From Myxococcota bacterium (GTDB lineage: Bacteria; Myxococcota_A; UBA9042; PHBI01; JAWLBL01), in NCBI GenBank assembly GCA_041687695.1, contig JAWLBL010000015.1, positions 131,627-195,626 of the forward strand: DNA of 64,000 nt, written 5' to 3'. Made by a program: the position numbers and the translations under genes. This document shows, in pieces, positions 37,142-47,555 of this stretch. Each line of letters starts with the position of its first letter. The first letter of the stretch is position 1. The notes under the pieces are model-generated. The model was not told the origin of the DNA and searched no databases. It saw nothing but the letters and a program-made list of their open reading frames with translations.

Positions 37142-38758
37142 ATGCGCATCGCGACCCTCCTCGGCACCTTGAGCCTCACCGCGGCGCTGGCGGGCTGCCT
37201 GGACTCCGGCGGGTCCGGTGAGGGCGAGCCGGCCGCTCGCGAGTACGACCGGGTCGAGGTGCTGAGCGTCTTTCCGGCCCGCTGGTCGAACAACGAGTGG
37301 CGGCGGAGCTGCGACGTGTCGGTCGACTCCGGCCTCCTGGTCTCGTTCGCGTACGTCTCGCCCTGGCGGCGACCGGGCACCCAGCCACCCACGCTGGGAG
37401 GGTCCAGCACGCCGCCCCAGGTGGACCGCGACCGCGCCCTGCGGCCGCTGGACCTGTACGCGGGCCTGCGGGTCAACGGCTGGGCGGCCAACGACCCGCG
37501 CTTCGACGACGAGACCGTCCGGCTGCGCATCGACTGCGTCCACGCGACGGAGCCCGAAGGCGGCGAGGGCTGCCTGCCGCTCGCGCCCCCCTCGGGCTTT
37601 CCGACGCTTCAGTGGCGCTCGCCCGAGCGCATCGGGTTCGGTTCCTCGCCCGTCGATGTCGTCGTCGTGCTCGACGCGCGGCTGGGAGCCGCTGGGCGCC
37701 AGGCCGCGGCGAGCGTCCTCGACGCGCTGTCGCCGAACGACCGGGTCGCCGTGCTGGCCCATGGCGCGGAGCTGGCCGAGGGGCAGGGACTCGTCGCCGC
37801 CTGTCCGACGCCCGACGGGAGCCCCGTGGGCGCCGACTGGCGGGCGGCGCTGTCGGCGTGCTTCGACCTCGAGGCTCGCGGCCCGGCGGCGCCCGCGCTG
37901 GAGGGCGTGGAGACGGCGGCGCCCGAGGCCGCGTCGAACCTGTGGCGGGCCGTCGACGAGGCCGTCGCCTTCCTGCTCTCCCGAGGCACCCTCGAGCGTT
38001 GGCGCCACGTCATCGCGGTGACGGCGGGCCCCGACACGTGTGACGTGACCGCGGGCGACGCGCCGACGTGCAGCGACGCGGCCGAGGGGTGCACGACCTC
38101 GAGCCCGTGGGAGGTGCGCAAGCGGCGGAACGCGTTCCCCGTGGGCTACGACGGCTCGGTCGTGCAGCTCCACTTCGTGCAGGTCGCGACCGAGCGCCAC
38201 CCCCACCCCGATCCCGAGCAACGCGCGCTCGCCTGCGAGAGCGGCGGCCACTATCGCTTCCTGCCGACCCCGCAGGGCGCAGACGGCGAGGAGGCCGCGG
38301 ACGCGACCGTCGGCGCCGCGGCCATCGAGGACGCCGCGATGGCGATGCGGCACGCGGCGAGCGGGTCCTGGCAGGCGGGTGTGGCGTTCAGCGGGCTCCA
38401 GGACGCCGCGGTCCCCCGTGGCCGCCTGTTGGCCCTCGAGGGGGCGATCGTCGTCGAGGCGGAGGCCCGCCTGTCCAACGCGCGCGCCGAGTACTCCTTT
38501 CAGGGAGAGGGCCCGGCGGACGAGCGGCCCCGCTTCCATCTGCCCTGCACCACCTCGGCCCAGTGCGGCGTGGAGACCGTCGAGCCCTGCGGAGCCGTCG
38601 GGTGTCGGCTCGACAGCGGCCTCTGCGAGCCCGCGCAGACGCGACGCGGCGATGGCGATCTGTGCGCCTACAGCCCGTTCGGCACGGCCCACCCCGGCTT
38701 CTGCTGCCAGGGCGAGTGCCTGCCGGAGCAATCGTTTTGCGGCGAGTGCCCCATGTGA
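37142..38758 (+). CDS. Hypothetical lipoprotein with degenerate vWA-like core and Cys-rich tail
   Basis: Lipobox LAG-C; DVVVVLD..RVAVL..RHVIAVT..LACESGG; C-terminal Cys cluster. Confidence 0.55.
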   Translation: MRIATLLGTLSLTAALAGCLDSGGSGEGEPAAREYDRVEVLSVFPARWSNNEWRRSCDVSVDSGLLVSFAYVSPWRRPGTQPPTLGGSSTPPQVDRDRALRPLDLYAGLRVNGWAANDPRFDDETVRLRIDCVHATEPEGGEGCLPLAPPSGFPTLQWRSPERIGFGSSPVDVVVVLDARLGAAGRQAAASVLDALSPNDRVAVLAHGAELAEGQGLVAACPTPDGSPVGADWRAALSACFDLEARGPAAPALEGVETAAPEAASNLWRAVDEAVAFLLSRGTLERWRHVIAVTAGPDTCDVTAGDAPTCSDAAEGCTTSSPWEVRKRRNAFPVGYDGSVVQLHFVQVATERHPHPDPEQRALACESGGHYRFLPTPQGADGEEAADATVGAAAIEDAAMAMRHAASGSWQAGVAFSGLQDAAVPRGRLLALEGAIVVEAEARLSNARAEYSFQGEGPADERPRFHLPCTTSAQCGVETVEPCGAVGCRLDSGLCEPAQTRRGDGDLCAYSPFGTAHPGFCCQGECLPEQSFCGECPM

Positions 38759-38768
38759 TTCACCTGCG

Positions 38769-38798
38769 CCCATGTCGCGACAACGGTTGCGACATGGG
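38769..38798. promoter_or_regulatory. Inverted repeat (candidate enhancer-binding site or terminator)
   Basis: CCCATGTCGCGAC-AACG-GTTGCGACATGGG, 13-bp arms with one mismatch. Confidence 0.5.
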
Positions 38799-38855
38799 GG
38801 CCTCCAGCGGGACGGGTGGCGGCGCGGGGCCGCTTGGATCAAGCGCGCCGTGAGT

Positions 38856-38871
38856 TGGCACGGGAGATGCT
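38856..38871 (+). promoter_or_regulatory. Candidate sigma54 (-24/-12) promoter
   Basis: TGGCACG-GGAG-ATGCT, one mismatch to TGGCACG-N4-TTGCW, 80 bp upstream of the persulfide dioxygenase gene. Confidence 0.65.
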
Positions 38872-38951
38872 TTCCTTTGCGGGCAGGGTGGCTATGTCGC
38901 CCCCTACGCCATGGACCGCGTCGAGATGAGGCGCGGTGAGGAGGAAACCCC

Positions 38952-39644
38952 ATGATCTTCCGCCAACTCTTCGAGCCCGATACCGGCACCTACACCTACC
39001 TGGTCGGCGACGAGGCGACCGGCGAGGCCGTCCTCATCGACCCCGTGGACAAGGACACCGACAAGTACATCCAGCTCATCCGCGAGCTGGACCTGAAGCT
39101 GGTCTACGCCCTGGACACCCACGTCCACGCCGACCACGTCACCGCCCTGGGGCCGCTGCGCGAGCGCACCGACTGCGTGACCATCATGGGCGCCGAGACC
39201 AAGGCGCAGTGCGTGTCGCGCAAGGTCTCCGACGGCGAGGTGGTGCGCTTCGGCACCCTGCAGCTGACGGCGCTGGCGACTCCGGGCCACACCGACGACT
39301 CGTACAGCTTCCTGATGGACGACCGCGTCTTCACCGGCGACACGCTGCTCATCCGCGGCACCGGCCGGACCGACTTCCAGAACGGCAACTCGCGCGCCCA
39401 GTACGACAGCCTCTTCGGCAAGCTGCTGAAGCTGCCCGACGAGACCTGGGTCTACCCGGGCCACGACTACAAGGGCTGGACGGTCAGCACCATCGGCGAG
39501 GAGAAGCGCTGGAACCCGCGGCTGCAGGTCAAGTCGGTCGACGAGTACGTCGAGCTGATGGCCAACCTGAAGCTGCCCAACCCCCGGTACATGGACGTCG
39601 CGGTGCCCGCCAACCTGGCCTGCGGCATGCCGCAGGTGGCCTGA
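38952..39644 (+). CDS. Persulfide (sulfur) dioxygenase, ETHE1-type MBL-fold
   Basis: MIFRQLFE..TYTYL, THVHADHVT, TPGHT, FTGDTLLIRGTGRTDFQ, YPGHDY and AVPANLACG. Confidence 0.85.
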   Translation: MIFRQLFEPDTGTYTYLVGDEATGEAVLIDPVDKDTDKYIQLIRELDLKLVYALDTHVHADHVTALGPLRERTDCVTIMGAETKAQCVSRKVSDGEVVRFGTLQLTALATPGHTDDSYSFLMDDRVFTGDTLLIRGTGRTDFQNGNSRAQYDSLFGKLLKLPDETWVYPGHDYKGWTVSTIGEEKRWNPRLQVKSVDEYVELMANLKLPNPRYMDVAVPANLACGMPQVA

Positions 39645-39736
39645 CGACGATCTCGCGAGGGCGAGGCCGGCAAGCGGCCCCGCTCTTGTGAGGGCTGGCC
39701 GAGCGGCCAAGCTAGGGGCTCACCCTCGGAGCCCCC

Positions 39737-40918
39737 ATGCCGCTCGACCGCCAGCCCTCGCCGGGGACCCAGGCGCTGGTCATCGATGGCCCGCGCCTGC
39801 AGCGTCTTCTGGACGCGCTCGCCGCGCGCGGCCACCGCGTCATCGGACCGCAAGTGCGAGATGGCGCGGTGGTCCTGGGCGATCTGACCACCGCCCGGGA
39901 TCTCCCCGCCGGCTGGGGCGAGGTGCAGGACGGCGGCGCCTACCGCCTGACCCGCCGCGACGACGGCGCCCTGTTCGGCTGGTCGGTCGGCCCGCACAGC
40001 TGGAAGCGCTGGCTGCACCCGCCGGCCATCACCCTGTGGCGCGCGCGGCGGACTGACGACGGCGGGGGCTTCCAGGTGCTGGACCCGCCGCCCGAGGACC
40101 CGCGCCCGCTGGCCTTCTTCGGGGCGCGCGCCTGCGACCTGGCCGCCATCGCCGTGCAGGACCGGGTCCTGATGGGCGGGCCGCACATCGACACTGGCTA
40201 CGCTCGCCGCCGTGAGGGCCTGTTCGTGGTCGCCGTGCAGTGCGGGCAGGCCGGCGGCACCTGCTTTTGCGCCTCGATGGGCACCGGGCCGCGGGCGACG
40301 CGCGGCTTCGACCTGGCCCTGACCGAGCTGCTGGACGAGGCCGGCCATCGCTTCGTGGTCGAGGTGGGGACCGAGGCGGGCGCGGCGGTGATGGCCGAGG
40401 TCGAGCACCGCCCGGCCCGCGCCGACGAGTGGCGCGCCAGCCAAGCCGCGACCGCGCGCGCCGAGGCGACCCAGGGGCGGGTGCTGCCCGACGAGCCCGG
40501 CGTGCCGGCGCTGCTGATGGCCAACCTCGAGCACCCGCGCTGGGACGAGGTCGCCGAGCGCTGCCTGACCTGCGGCAACTGCACCATGGTCTGCCCGACC
40601 TGCTTCTGCACGACCGTGCAGGACACCAGCGATCTGGCCGGCCACGAGGCGGCGCGCGTGCGGACCTGGGACTCGTGCTTCACCGTCGACTTCACCGCGC
40701 TGCACGGCGGGGCGGTGCGCCGCTCGGGCCGGTCGCGCTACCGCCAGTGGCTGACCCACAAGCTGGCCACCTGGTACGAGCAGTTCGGCAGCTCGGGCTG
40801 CGTCGGCTGCGGGCGCTGCATCACCTGGTGCCCGGTCGGCATCGACCTGACCGAGGAGGTGGCGGCCATCCGCGGGCAGGACGCGCAGGCGGGGCGGCCG
40901 GCCGAGGAGGTCTCGTGA
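39737..40918 (+). CDS. hydB: Group 3b [NiFe]-hydrogenase (sulfhydrogenase) beta subunit, 4Fe-4S
   Basis: [25 protein letters not shown] and [16 protein letters not shown]. Confidence 0.88.
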   Translation: MPLDRQPSPGTQALVIDGPRLQRLLDALAARGHRVIGPQVRDGAVVLGDLTTARDLPAGWGEVQDGGAYRLTRRDDGALFGWSVGPHSWKRWLHPPAITLWRARRTDDGGGFQVLDPPPEDPRPLAFFGARACDLAAIAVQDRVLMGGPHIDTGYARRREGLFVVAVQCGQAGGTCFCASMGTGPRATRGFDLALTELLDEAGHRFVVEVGTEAGAAVMAEVEHRPARADEWRASQAATARAEATQGRVLPDEPGVPALLMANLEHPRWDEVAERCLTCGNCTMVCPTCFCTTVQDTSDLAGHEAARVRTWDSCFTVDFTALHGGAVRRSGRSRYRQWLTHKLATWYEQFGSSGCVGCGRCITWCPVGIDLTEEVAAIRGQDAQAGRPAEEVS

Positions 40919-41376
40919 GGGATCTGGCGCGCACGCTGGCCGAGGCGCCGGTCCTGCGGGGCCTGCCGGACGAGGACCTCGAGCTGCTGGCCGGCTGCGC
41001 CCGCAACGTGCGCTTTGCGGCCGGCGCGTGGATCTTCCGCGAGGGCGGGGCGGCGGACACCTTCTACTGGGTGCGGCAGGGGCAGGTCGCGCTGAGCGTC
41101 CACGCGCCCGGGCAGGGCGAGCTGACCATCGACACGGTCCACGAGGGCGAGATCCTGGGTTTTTCGTGGCTGTTTCCGCCCTACCGCTGGCAGTTCGACG
41201 CGCGGGCGGTCACGGCGGTGGCGGCGCTGGCCTTCGACGGCGCCTGCCTGCGTGGCAAGGCCGAGGCCGACCCGCGGCTGGGCTATCGGCTGATGACCCG
41301 CATCGCGCCGGTGGTCGTCGCGCGGCTGCAGGCGGCGCGGGTGCGGCTGCTGGACCTGTATGGCGCCCATGCTTGA
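40915..41376 (+). CDS. Stand-alone cyclic-nucleotide-binding-domain protein
   Basis: GTGA overlap; [36 protein letters not shown]; no HTH. Confidence 0.82.
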   Translation: MRDLARTLAEAPVLRGLPDEDLELLAGCARNVRFAAGAWIFREGGAADTFYWVRQGQVALSVHAPGQGELTIDTVHEGEILGFSWLFPPYRWQFDARAVTAVAALAFDGACLRGKAEADPRLGYRLMTRIAPVVVARLQAARVRLLDLYGAHA

Positions 41377-42208
41377 GGCGGCGCCGGCGGCGGCGGACCC
41401 GATGCGGCCCGCGGTGTGGGTCGTGCGCGCGCGGCGGCGCGAGACGGCCGACACGGTGAGCTTGACCGTGGCGCCGGCCGAGGGCGGGGTCCCGGCGGTC
41501 GCGCCCGGGCAGTTCAACATGCTGTGGGCCTTCGGCGTGGGCGAGGCGGCCCTGTCGATCGGCGGGGCGACGGCGGCCGGCGTGCTGCACACGGTCCGGG
41601 CAGTCGGCGCGACGAGCGAGCGGCTGACGCGGCTGCGGCGGGGCGAGGCGCTGGGGGTGCGCGGGCCGTTCGGGTCGGCGTGGCCGCTGGGGTTGGCCGA
41701 GGGGCGCGACGTGGTGGTGATGGCCGGCGGGTTGGGGCTGGCGCCGCTGCGGGGGGCGGTGCGGGCGCTGCTGCGGAGGCGGCGGCGGGTCGGGCGGCTG
41801 GTCGTGCTGGTCGGCGCGCGGACGCCCGAGGACGTGCCCTATGGCAAGGAGCTGGCGCGGTGGGCGGCGCGCGGGGACCTGCAGGTGCAGGTGACGGTGG
41901 ACCGGGCGGGGCGCGCGTGGACGGGGCCGGTGGGGCTGGTGACGGCGCTGCTGGACCGGGTGGCCTTCGAGGCGCGCGGGGCGCTGGCGCTGGTGTGCGG
42001 GCCCGAGGTGATGATGCGGGCGTCGGCGCGGGCGCTGGTCGACCGGGGGGTGGGGCCCGAGCGGGTCTTCCTGTCGATGGAGCGCAACATGAAGTGCGGC
42101 GTGGCCTCCTGCGGGCACTGCCAGCTGGCGGGCTCGTTCGTGTGCCGCGAGGGGCCGGTCTACCGCTACGACCGCGTCCGGCCGCTGCTGGACGTGCGGG
42201 AGCTGTAG
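41369..42208 (+). CDS. hydG: Group 3b hydrogenase gamma subunit (FAD/NAD(P)-binding, 2Fe-2S)
   Basis: [29 protein letters not shown] and [15 protein letters not shown]. Confidence 0.88.
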   Translation: MLEAAPAAADPMRPAVWVVRARRRETADTVSLTVAPAEGGVPAVAPGQFNMLWAFGVGEAALSIGGATAAGVLHTVRAVGATSERLTRLRRGEALGVRGPFGSAWPLGLAEGRDVVVMAGGLGLAPLRGAVRALLRRRRRVGRLVVLVGARTPEDVPYGKELARWAARGDLQVQVTVDRAGRAWTGPVGLVTALLDRVAFEARGALALVCGPEVMMRASARALVDRGVGPERVFLSMERNMKCGVASCGHCQLAGSFVCREGPVYRYDRVRPLLDVREL

Positions 42209-42210
42209 CC

Positions 42211-42996
42211 GTGGCCAAGCGCAAGCCCAAGCTGGCCGTGTGGAAGTTCGCCTCGTGCGACGGGTGCCAGCTGACCCTGCTGGACTGCGAGGACGAGCTG
42301 CTGGCGCTGGCCGGCGAGGTCGAGATCGCGCACTTTTTGGAGGCGACGAGCGGGATCGTGGCCGGGCCGTACGACCTGTCGCTGGTCGAGGGGTCGGTGA
42401 CCACCGAGGAGGACGTCGCGCGCATCCACGCGGTGCGGCGGGTGTCGCGGCGGCTGGTGACCATCGGGGCCTGCGCCACGGCGGGGGGCATCCAGGCGCT
42501 GCGCAACTTCGCGGACGCCGAGGAGATGCATCGGGTGGTGTACGCGTCGCCGACCTTCGTCAGGACGCTGGCGACCTCGACCCCCATCGCGGCGCACGTG
42601 CCGGTCGACTTCGAGCTGCGCGGCTGCCCCATCGACAAGGCGCAGCTGCTGGAGGTGCTGTCGGCGAGCCTCGTCGGGCGGGCGCCAGCGGTGCGGGCCC
42701 ACAGCGTGTGCCTCGAGTGCAAGCGGCGCGGGCAGGTGTGCGTGATGGTGGCGCACGGCACGCCCTGCCTGGGGCCGGTGACCCACGACGGCTGCGGCGC
42801 GCTGTGTCCGCGCTACGACCGCGGGTGCTACGGCTGCTTCGGGCCGATGGAGACGCCGAACACGGCCCCGCTGACCGCGTGGTGGCGGGCGCTGGGGGCG
42901 ACGCCGGCCGAGGTGCGGCAGGCCTTCCACAACTTCAACTGCTGGTCCGAGCCGTTCCGGGCGGCCGGCGAGGAGGCCGACCCCGATGGGCGGTGA
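42211..42996 (+). CDS. hydD: Group 3b hydrogenase small (delta) subunit
   Basis: [38 protein letters not shown] and CYGCFG. Confidence 0.9.
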   Translation: MAKRKPKLAVWKFASCDGCQLTLLDCEDELLALAGEVEIAHFLEATSGIVAGPYDLSLVEGSVTTEEDVARIHAVRRVSRRLVTIGACATAGGIQALRNFADAEEMHRVVYASPTFVRTLATSTPIAAHVPVDFELRGCPIDKAQLLEVLSASLVGRAPAVRAHSVCLECKRRGQVCVMVAHGTPCLGPVTHDGCGALCPRYDRGCYGCFGPMETPNTAPLTAWWRALGATPAEVRQAFHNFNCWSEPFRAAGEEADPDGR

Positions 42997-44290
42997 GGGC
43001 CGGCGGACGCGGACCATCCAGGTCGACGCCCTGGCCCGGGTCGAGGGCGAGGGGGCGCTGCGGGTCGAGGTGCGCGACGGGCGGGTGACCGGCGTCGCCC
43101 TGAGCATCTTCGAGCCGCCGCGGTACTTCGAGGCCTTCCTGCGGGGGCGCGACTTCCGCGAGGCGCCGGACATCACCTCGCGCATCTGCGGCATCTGCCC
43201 GGTCGCCTACCAGATGAGCGCGGTGCACGCGATGGAGCGCGCGCTGGGCGTGACGGTGGACGGGGCGCTGCGGGCGCTGCGGCGGCTCATCTACTGCGGC
43301 GAGTGGGTCGAGAGCCACGCGCTGCACGCGGTGATGCTGCACGCGCCGGACTTCCTGGGCTTCGAGGGCGTGGTCGACATGGCGCGCGAGCACGGCGAGG
43401 CGGTGCGGCGCGGGCTGCGGCTGAAGAAGGCGGGCAACGCGCTGATGACGCTGCTGGGGGGGCGCGAGGTGCACCCCATCAACGTGCGGGTGGGCGGGTT
43501 CTATCGGGTGCCGACGCGGGCGGAGCTGCTGACGATGCGCGAGCCGCTCGAGCGGGCGCTGGAGGACGCGCTGGCCACGCTGCGCTGGGCGGCCGGGTTC
43601 GAGTTCCCCGAGCTGGAGCGCGGCTGGGAGCTCGTCGCCCTGCGCGGCGACGGCGAGTACCCGATGAACGAGGGGCGCGTCGCGTCGACCGCCGGGCTGG
43701 ACGTGCCGATCGAGGGCTTCGAGGCGCGCATCGAGGAGTTCCAGGTGGCGCACTCGACGGCGCTGCACGCGCGGCGGCGGGGCGGCGGGGCCTACCTGAC
43801 CGGGCCGCTGGCGCGCTTTGCGCTGAACGCCGACCGGCTGTCGCCGCTGGCGCGCGAGGCGGCGCGCGAGGTCGGGCTGGACGGGCCGTGCCGCAACCCC
43901 TTTCGCAGCGTCCTGGTGCGGCTGGTCGAGGTGGTCTACGCCGTCGACGAGGCGTTGCGGCTGATCGATGGGTACGAGCCGCCGCCGCAGCCGGCGGTCG
44001 AGGTGACGCCGCGGGCGGCGACCGGGTGCGCGGCGACCGAGGCGCCGCGGGGGCTGCTGTACCACCGCTATCGCTTGGGCGCGGACGGGCGCATCGAGGA
44101 GGCGCGCATCGTGCCGCCGACCTCGCAGAACCAGCCCAGCATCGAGGCGGACCTGTGGGCGGTGGCCGAGGCGCACGTGGCGGCGCCGGACGCGGCGCTG
44201 CGGGCGCAGGCCGAGCGGGCCATCCGCAACCACGACCCGTGCATCTCGTGCGCGGCCCACTTCCTGACGCTGGAGGTGGACCGTGGCTGA
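42986..44290 (+). CDS. hydA: Group 3b [NiFe]-hydrogenase large (alpha) subunit
   Basis: RVEGEG, L1 [21 protein letters not shown], and L2 DPCISCAAH plus a cleavable tail. Confidence 0.93.
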   Translation: MGGEGRRTRTIQVDALARVEGEGALRVEVRDGRVTGVALSIFEPPRYFEAFLRGRDFREAPDITSRICGICPVAYQMSAVHAMERALGVTVDGALRALRRLIYCGEWVESHALHAVMLHAPDFLGFEGVVDMAREHGEAVRRGLRLKKAGNALMTLLGGREVHPINVRVGGFYRVPTRAELLTMREPLERALEDALATLRWAAGFEFPELERGWELVALRGDGEYPMNEGRVASTAGLDVPIEGFEARIEEFQVAHSTALHARRRGGGAYLTGPLARFALNADRLSPLAREAAREVGLDGPCRNPFRSVLVRLVEVVYAVDEALRLIDGYEPPPQPAVEVTPRAATGCAATEAPRGLLYHRYRLGADGRIEEARIVPPTSQNQPSIEADLWAVAEAHVAAPDAALRAQAERAIRNHDPCISCAAHFLTLEVDRG

Positions 44291-44759
44291 GCGGGCGGGG
44301 ACGGTGGTGGTCGGCGTGGGCAACCCGGGGCGCGGCGACGACGGCGTGGGGCCGGCGGTGGCGCGGGCGCTGCAGGGCCGGGTGGGGCCGGACGTGCGGG
44401 TGGTCGCGCGGGGCGGCGAGCCGGCGGGGCTGGTGGCGCTGCTGGAGGCGGCCGAGGCGGTGGCCCTGGTGGACGCGGTGCGGGGCGAGGGGCCGGCGGG
44501 GCGGGTGTGGCGCTTCGAGGCGGGCGCGGGGCCGCTGCCGGCGCGGTTGTTCGGGCGGGCGTCGACGCACGCGATGGGGTTGGCCGAGGCGGTCGAGCTG
44601 GCGCGGGCGCTGGGGGCGCTGCCGGGGCGGGTGGTGGTGTTCGGGGTCGAGGGGCAGGGGTTCGGCGTGGGCGAGGGCCTGTCGCCGGCGGTGGCGGCGG
44701 CCGTGCCCGAGGTGGCCGCGCGCGTGCTGGACGAGCTCGGGCGCTGGCGGAGGGGGTGA
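44283..44759 (+). CDS. Hydrogenase maturation endopeptidase
   Basis: VGVGNPGRGDDGVG, LVDAV and STH motifs. Confidence 0.9.
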   Translation: MAERAGTVVVGVGNPGRGDDGVGPAVARALQGRVGPDVRVVARGGEPAGLVALLEAAEAVALVDAVRGEGPAGRVWRFEAGAGPLPARLFGRASTHAMGLAEAVELARALGALPGRVVVFGVEGQGFGVGEGLSPAVAAAVPEVAARVLDELGRWRRG

Positions 44760-44762
44760 GCG

Positions 44763-45029
44763 ATGCACGAGACGGGGCTGATGAACGGGCTGATGAAGCA
44801 GATCGCCGAGGTGGCGCGCGAGCACGGGGCGACCAAGGTGACGGTGGTGCGGCTGGCGCTGGGGGCGCTGGCGCCCATCACGGACGCGCACCTGCGGGAG
44901 CACTTCGACCTGGCGGCGCAGGGCACGGTGGCCGAGGGGGCGGCGCTGGAGATCGAGCGCATGGAGGACCCGACGGCGCCGGACGCGATGCACTTCCGGA
45001 TGACCGGGCTGGACGTGGAGCTGGCGTGA
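44763..45029 (+). CDS. hypA: Short HypA-like nickel chaperone lacking the Zn-binding CxxC motifs
   Basis: N-terminal MHE, LGAL..L..HF..GTVAEGAALEI; contains no Cys. Confidence 0.78.
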   Translation: MHETGLMNGLMKQIAEVAREHGATKVTVVRLALGALAPITDAHLREHFDLAAQGTVAEGAALEIERMEDPTAPDAMHFRMTGLDVELA

Positions 45030-47350
45030 GCGCGGCGCGGCGGCGGTGGGCCCTGCGGGTGCGCGGGGTCGTGCAGGGCGTGGGCTTTCGGCCGTTCGTG
45101 GCGCGGCTGGCGGCGGCGCTGGCCGTGGGCGGGTGGGTGCGCAACGACGGCGACGGGGTGGTCGTGGAGGTCGAGGGCACGGAGGCGGCGCTCGAGGGTT
45201 TCGTGGCGCGGCTGGTGGCCGAGGCGCCGGCGGCGGCGCGCGTGGCGGGGCTGGAGCAGCGCGAGGTGACGCCGCGGGGCGAGGGCCGGTTCGTCATCGT
45301 GCCCAGCGCGGCGGGGGCGGCCGGGGGCGCGGGGCTGGTGGCCGACCTGGTCGCGTGCGAGGCGTGCGTGCGCGAGGTGTTCGACCCGGGGGCGCGGCGC
45401 TTTCGGTATCCGTTCGCGTGCTGCACGGCCTGCGGACCGCGCTACTCGGTGCTGCTGGCGCTGCCCTGGGACCGCGAGCGGACCACGATGCGGGGCTTCG
45501 CGCTGTGTGGCGGGTGCCGCGCCGAGTACGAGGACCCGGCGGACCGGCGGTTCCACGCCGAGCCCATCGCGTGCGCGGCGTGCGGGCCGCGGCTGGCGCT
45601 GGAGGACGGGGCGGGGCGGACGCTGGCGCGCGAGGACGAGGCGCTCGGGAGGGCGGCGGAGGCGCTGCGGGCGGGGGCCGTCGTGGCCGTGAAGGGGCTG
45701 GGCGGGTTCCAGCTGCTGGTGGACGGGCGCGACGCGGCGGCGGTGGGGCGGCTGCGGGCGCGCAAGGGGCGGCCGGACCGGCCGTTCGCGGTGATGGTGG
45801 GGGGGCTGGAGGCGGCGCGGGCGGTGGGGCGGGTCGGGGCGGCCGAGGCGGCGCTGCTGACGTCGGCGGCCGGGCCGATCGTGCTGGTCGAGCGGCGGGC
45901 CGGGGCGCCGGTGTGCGAGGCGGTGGCGCCGCGCAACCCGGACCTGGGGGTGATGCTGCCGACGACGCCGCTGCACCATCTGCTGCTGGCGGCCGTGGGC
46001 GGGCCGGTGGTGGCGACCAGCGGGAACCGCTCGGGCGAGCCGCTGTGCGTCGAGGGGGCCGAGGCGCGCGAGCGGCTGGCCGGGGTGGCGGACCTGTGGC
46101 TGACCCACGACCGGCCCATCGCGCGGCCGCTGGACGACTCGGTGGTGCGGGTGATGGCGGGCGAGGCGGTGGTGCTGCGGCGGGCGCGCGGGTACGCGCC
46201 GGGGGCGCTGCCGTGGGCGTGGGAGGGGGCGGCGACCTGGGCGGCCGGCGGGGATCAGAAGGGGGCGGTGGGGCTGGCGGCGGGGGGCGAGCTGCTGGTG
46301 GGGGCGCACCTGGGCGAGCTGAGCGGGCCGCGGGCGCGGGCGCGGCACCGGGACGCGCTGGAGGAGCTGGCGCGGCTGCGCGGGGCGCGGCCGGCGCGGG
46401 TGGCGCACGACGCGCACCCGGACTATGCGTCGACGCGGGCGGCGCTGGAGCTGGGGCTGGAGGCGGTCGCGGTGCAGCACCACCACGCGCACGTGGCGGC
46501 GTGCATGGCCGAGCACGGCCTGCGCGGGCCGGCGCTGGGGCTGGCCTGGGACGGGGTGGGGCTGGGGGCCGACGGAGCGGCCTGGGGCGGCGAGGCGTTG
46601 GTGGCGACCTTGCGGCAGGCGCGCCGCTTCGCGCATCTGCGGCCGTTCCCGCTGCCGGGCGGGGACCGGGCGGCGCGCGACCCGCGGCGGGCGGCGCTGG
46701 GGCTGCTGGTGGCGCACGGCGGGGGCGCGGCCGAGGTCGATCTGGGCCTGCCGGCGGAGGCCGTGTCGGTGATGCGACAGGCGGTGGCGCGCGGGGTGAA
46801 CGCGCCGGCGACCAGCAGCGTCGGGCGGCTGTTCGACGCGGTGGCGGCGCTGCTCGGCGTGGCCGGCGAGGTCACGTTCGAGGGGCAGGCGGCGATGGCG
46901 CTGGAGCACGCGGCGCGCGGCGAGGCCGACCCCTGGGCGCTGCCCTTGCCGCTGGTCGGGGCCGCGCCGCCGCTGACCATGGACTGGGGGCCGCTGCTCG
47001 ACGCGCTGCTGAGCGCCCGCGCCCGCGGGGTGCCCGCGTCGCGCCTGTCGGCCGGGTTCCACGAGGCGCTGGCGCGGAGCGCCGTCGAGGTCGCCGCGCG
47101 CGCCGGCCTGGCCGACGTGCTGTTGACCGGCGGCTGCTTCCAGAACCGGCGGCTGCTCGAGACCTGCGTCGCCGGGCTGTCGGCAGCGGGGTTCCGCGCC
47201 TGGTTTCCGAAGGCCTGGCCTCCCAACGACGGGGGGCTGGCGCTGGGACAGCTGGCGGTGGCCTGCGCGCCGCACGTACCCGAGGAGGTCCGAGATGTGT
47301 CTGGCCATCCCCGCGCGCCTGGTCGAGGTCGCGCCGCCGCCCCCCGATGA
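45026..47350 (+). CDS. hypF: Carbamoyltransferase HypF
   Basis: GVVQGVGFRPF, Zn fingers (CEAC, CTAC, CGGC, CAAC), KGLGGF, QHHHAH and NDGGLALGQ. Confidence 0.93.
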   Translation: MSAARRRWALRVRGVVQGVGFRPFVARLAAALAVGGWVRNDGDGVVVEVEGTEAALEGFVARLVAEAPAAARVAGLEQREVTPRGEGRFVIVPSAAGAAGGAGLVADLVACEACVREVFDPGARRFRYPFACCTACGPRYSVLLALPWDRERTTMRGFALCGGCRAEYEDPADRRFHAEPIACAACGPRLALEDGAGRTLAREDEALGRAAEALRAGAVVAVKGLGGFQLLVDGRDAAAVGRLRARKGRPDRPFAVMVGGLEAARAVGRVGAAEAALLTSAAGPIVLVERRAGAPVCEAVAPRNPDLGVMLPTTPLHHLLLAAVGGPVVATSGNRSGEPLCVEGAEARERLAGVADLWLTHDRPIARPLDDSVVRVMAGEAVVLRRARGYAPGALPWAWEGAATWAAGGDQKGAVGLAAGGELLVGAHLGELSGPRARARHRDALEELARLRGARPARVAHDAHPDYASTRAALELGLEAVAVQHHHAHVAACMAEHGLRGPALGLAWDGVGLGADGAAWGGEALVATLRQARRFAHLRPFPLPGGDRAARDPRRAALGLLVAHGGGAAEVDLGLPAEAVSVMRQAVARGVNAPATSSVGRLFDAVAALLGVAGEVTFEGQAAMALEHAARGEADPWALPLPLVGAAPPLTMDWGPLLDALLSARARGVPASRLSAGFHEALARSAVEVAARAGLADVLLTGGCFQNRRLLETCVAGLSAAGFRAWFPKAWPPNDGGLALGQLAVACAPHVPEEVRDVSGHPRAPGRGRAAAPR

Positions 47351-47555
47351 CGCGGCCGAGCTGCGCCAGGGGCGCGCCGACTTCGGCGGCGTCACCCGCT
47401 CGGTGTGCCTGGCCCTGCTGCCCGACGCGGCGGTGGGGCAGTGGGTCATCGTCCACGTCGGCTTCGCCATCGCGCGCCTGGACGAGGCCGAGGCGCGGCG
47501 GGTGCTGGCCGAGATCGAGGCGCTGGAGGCCTTCTCCGAGGAGCAGGAAAAATGA
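47295..47555 (+). CDS. hypC: Hydrogenase assembly chaperone HypC
   Basis: MCLAIP and VHVGFAI motifs. Confidence 0.93.
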   Translation: MCLAIPARLVEVAPPPPDDAAELRQGRADFGGVTRSVCLALLPDAAVGQWVIVHVGFAIARLDEAEARRVLAEIEALEAFSEEQEK

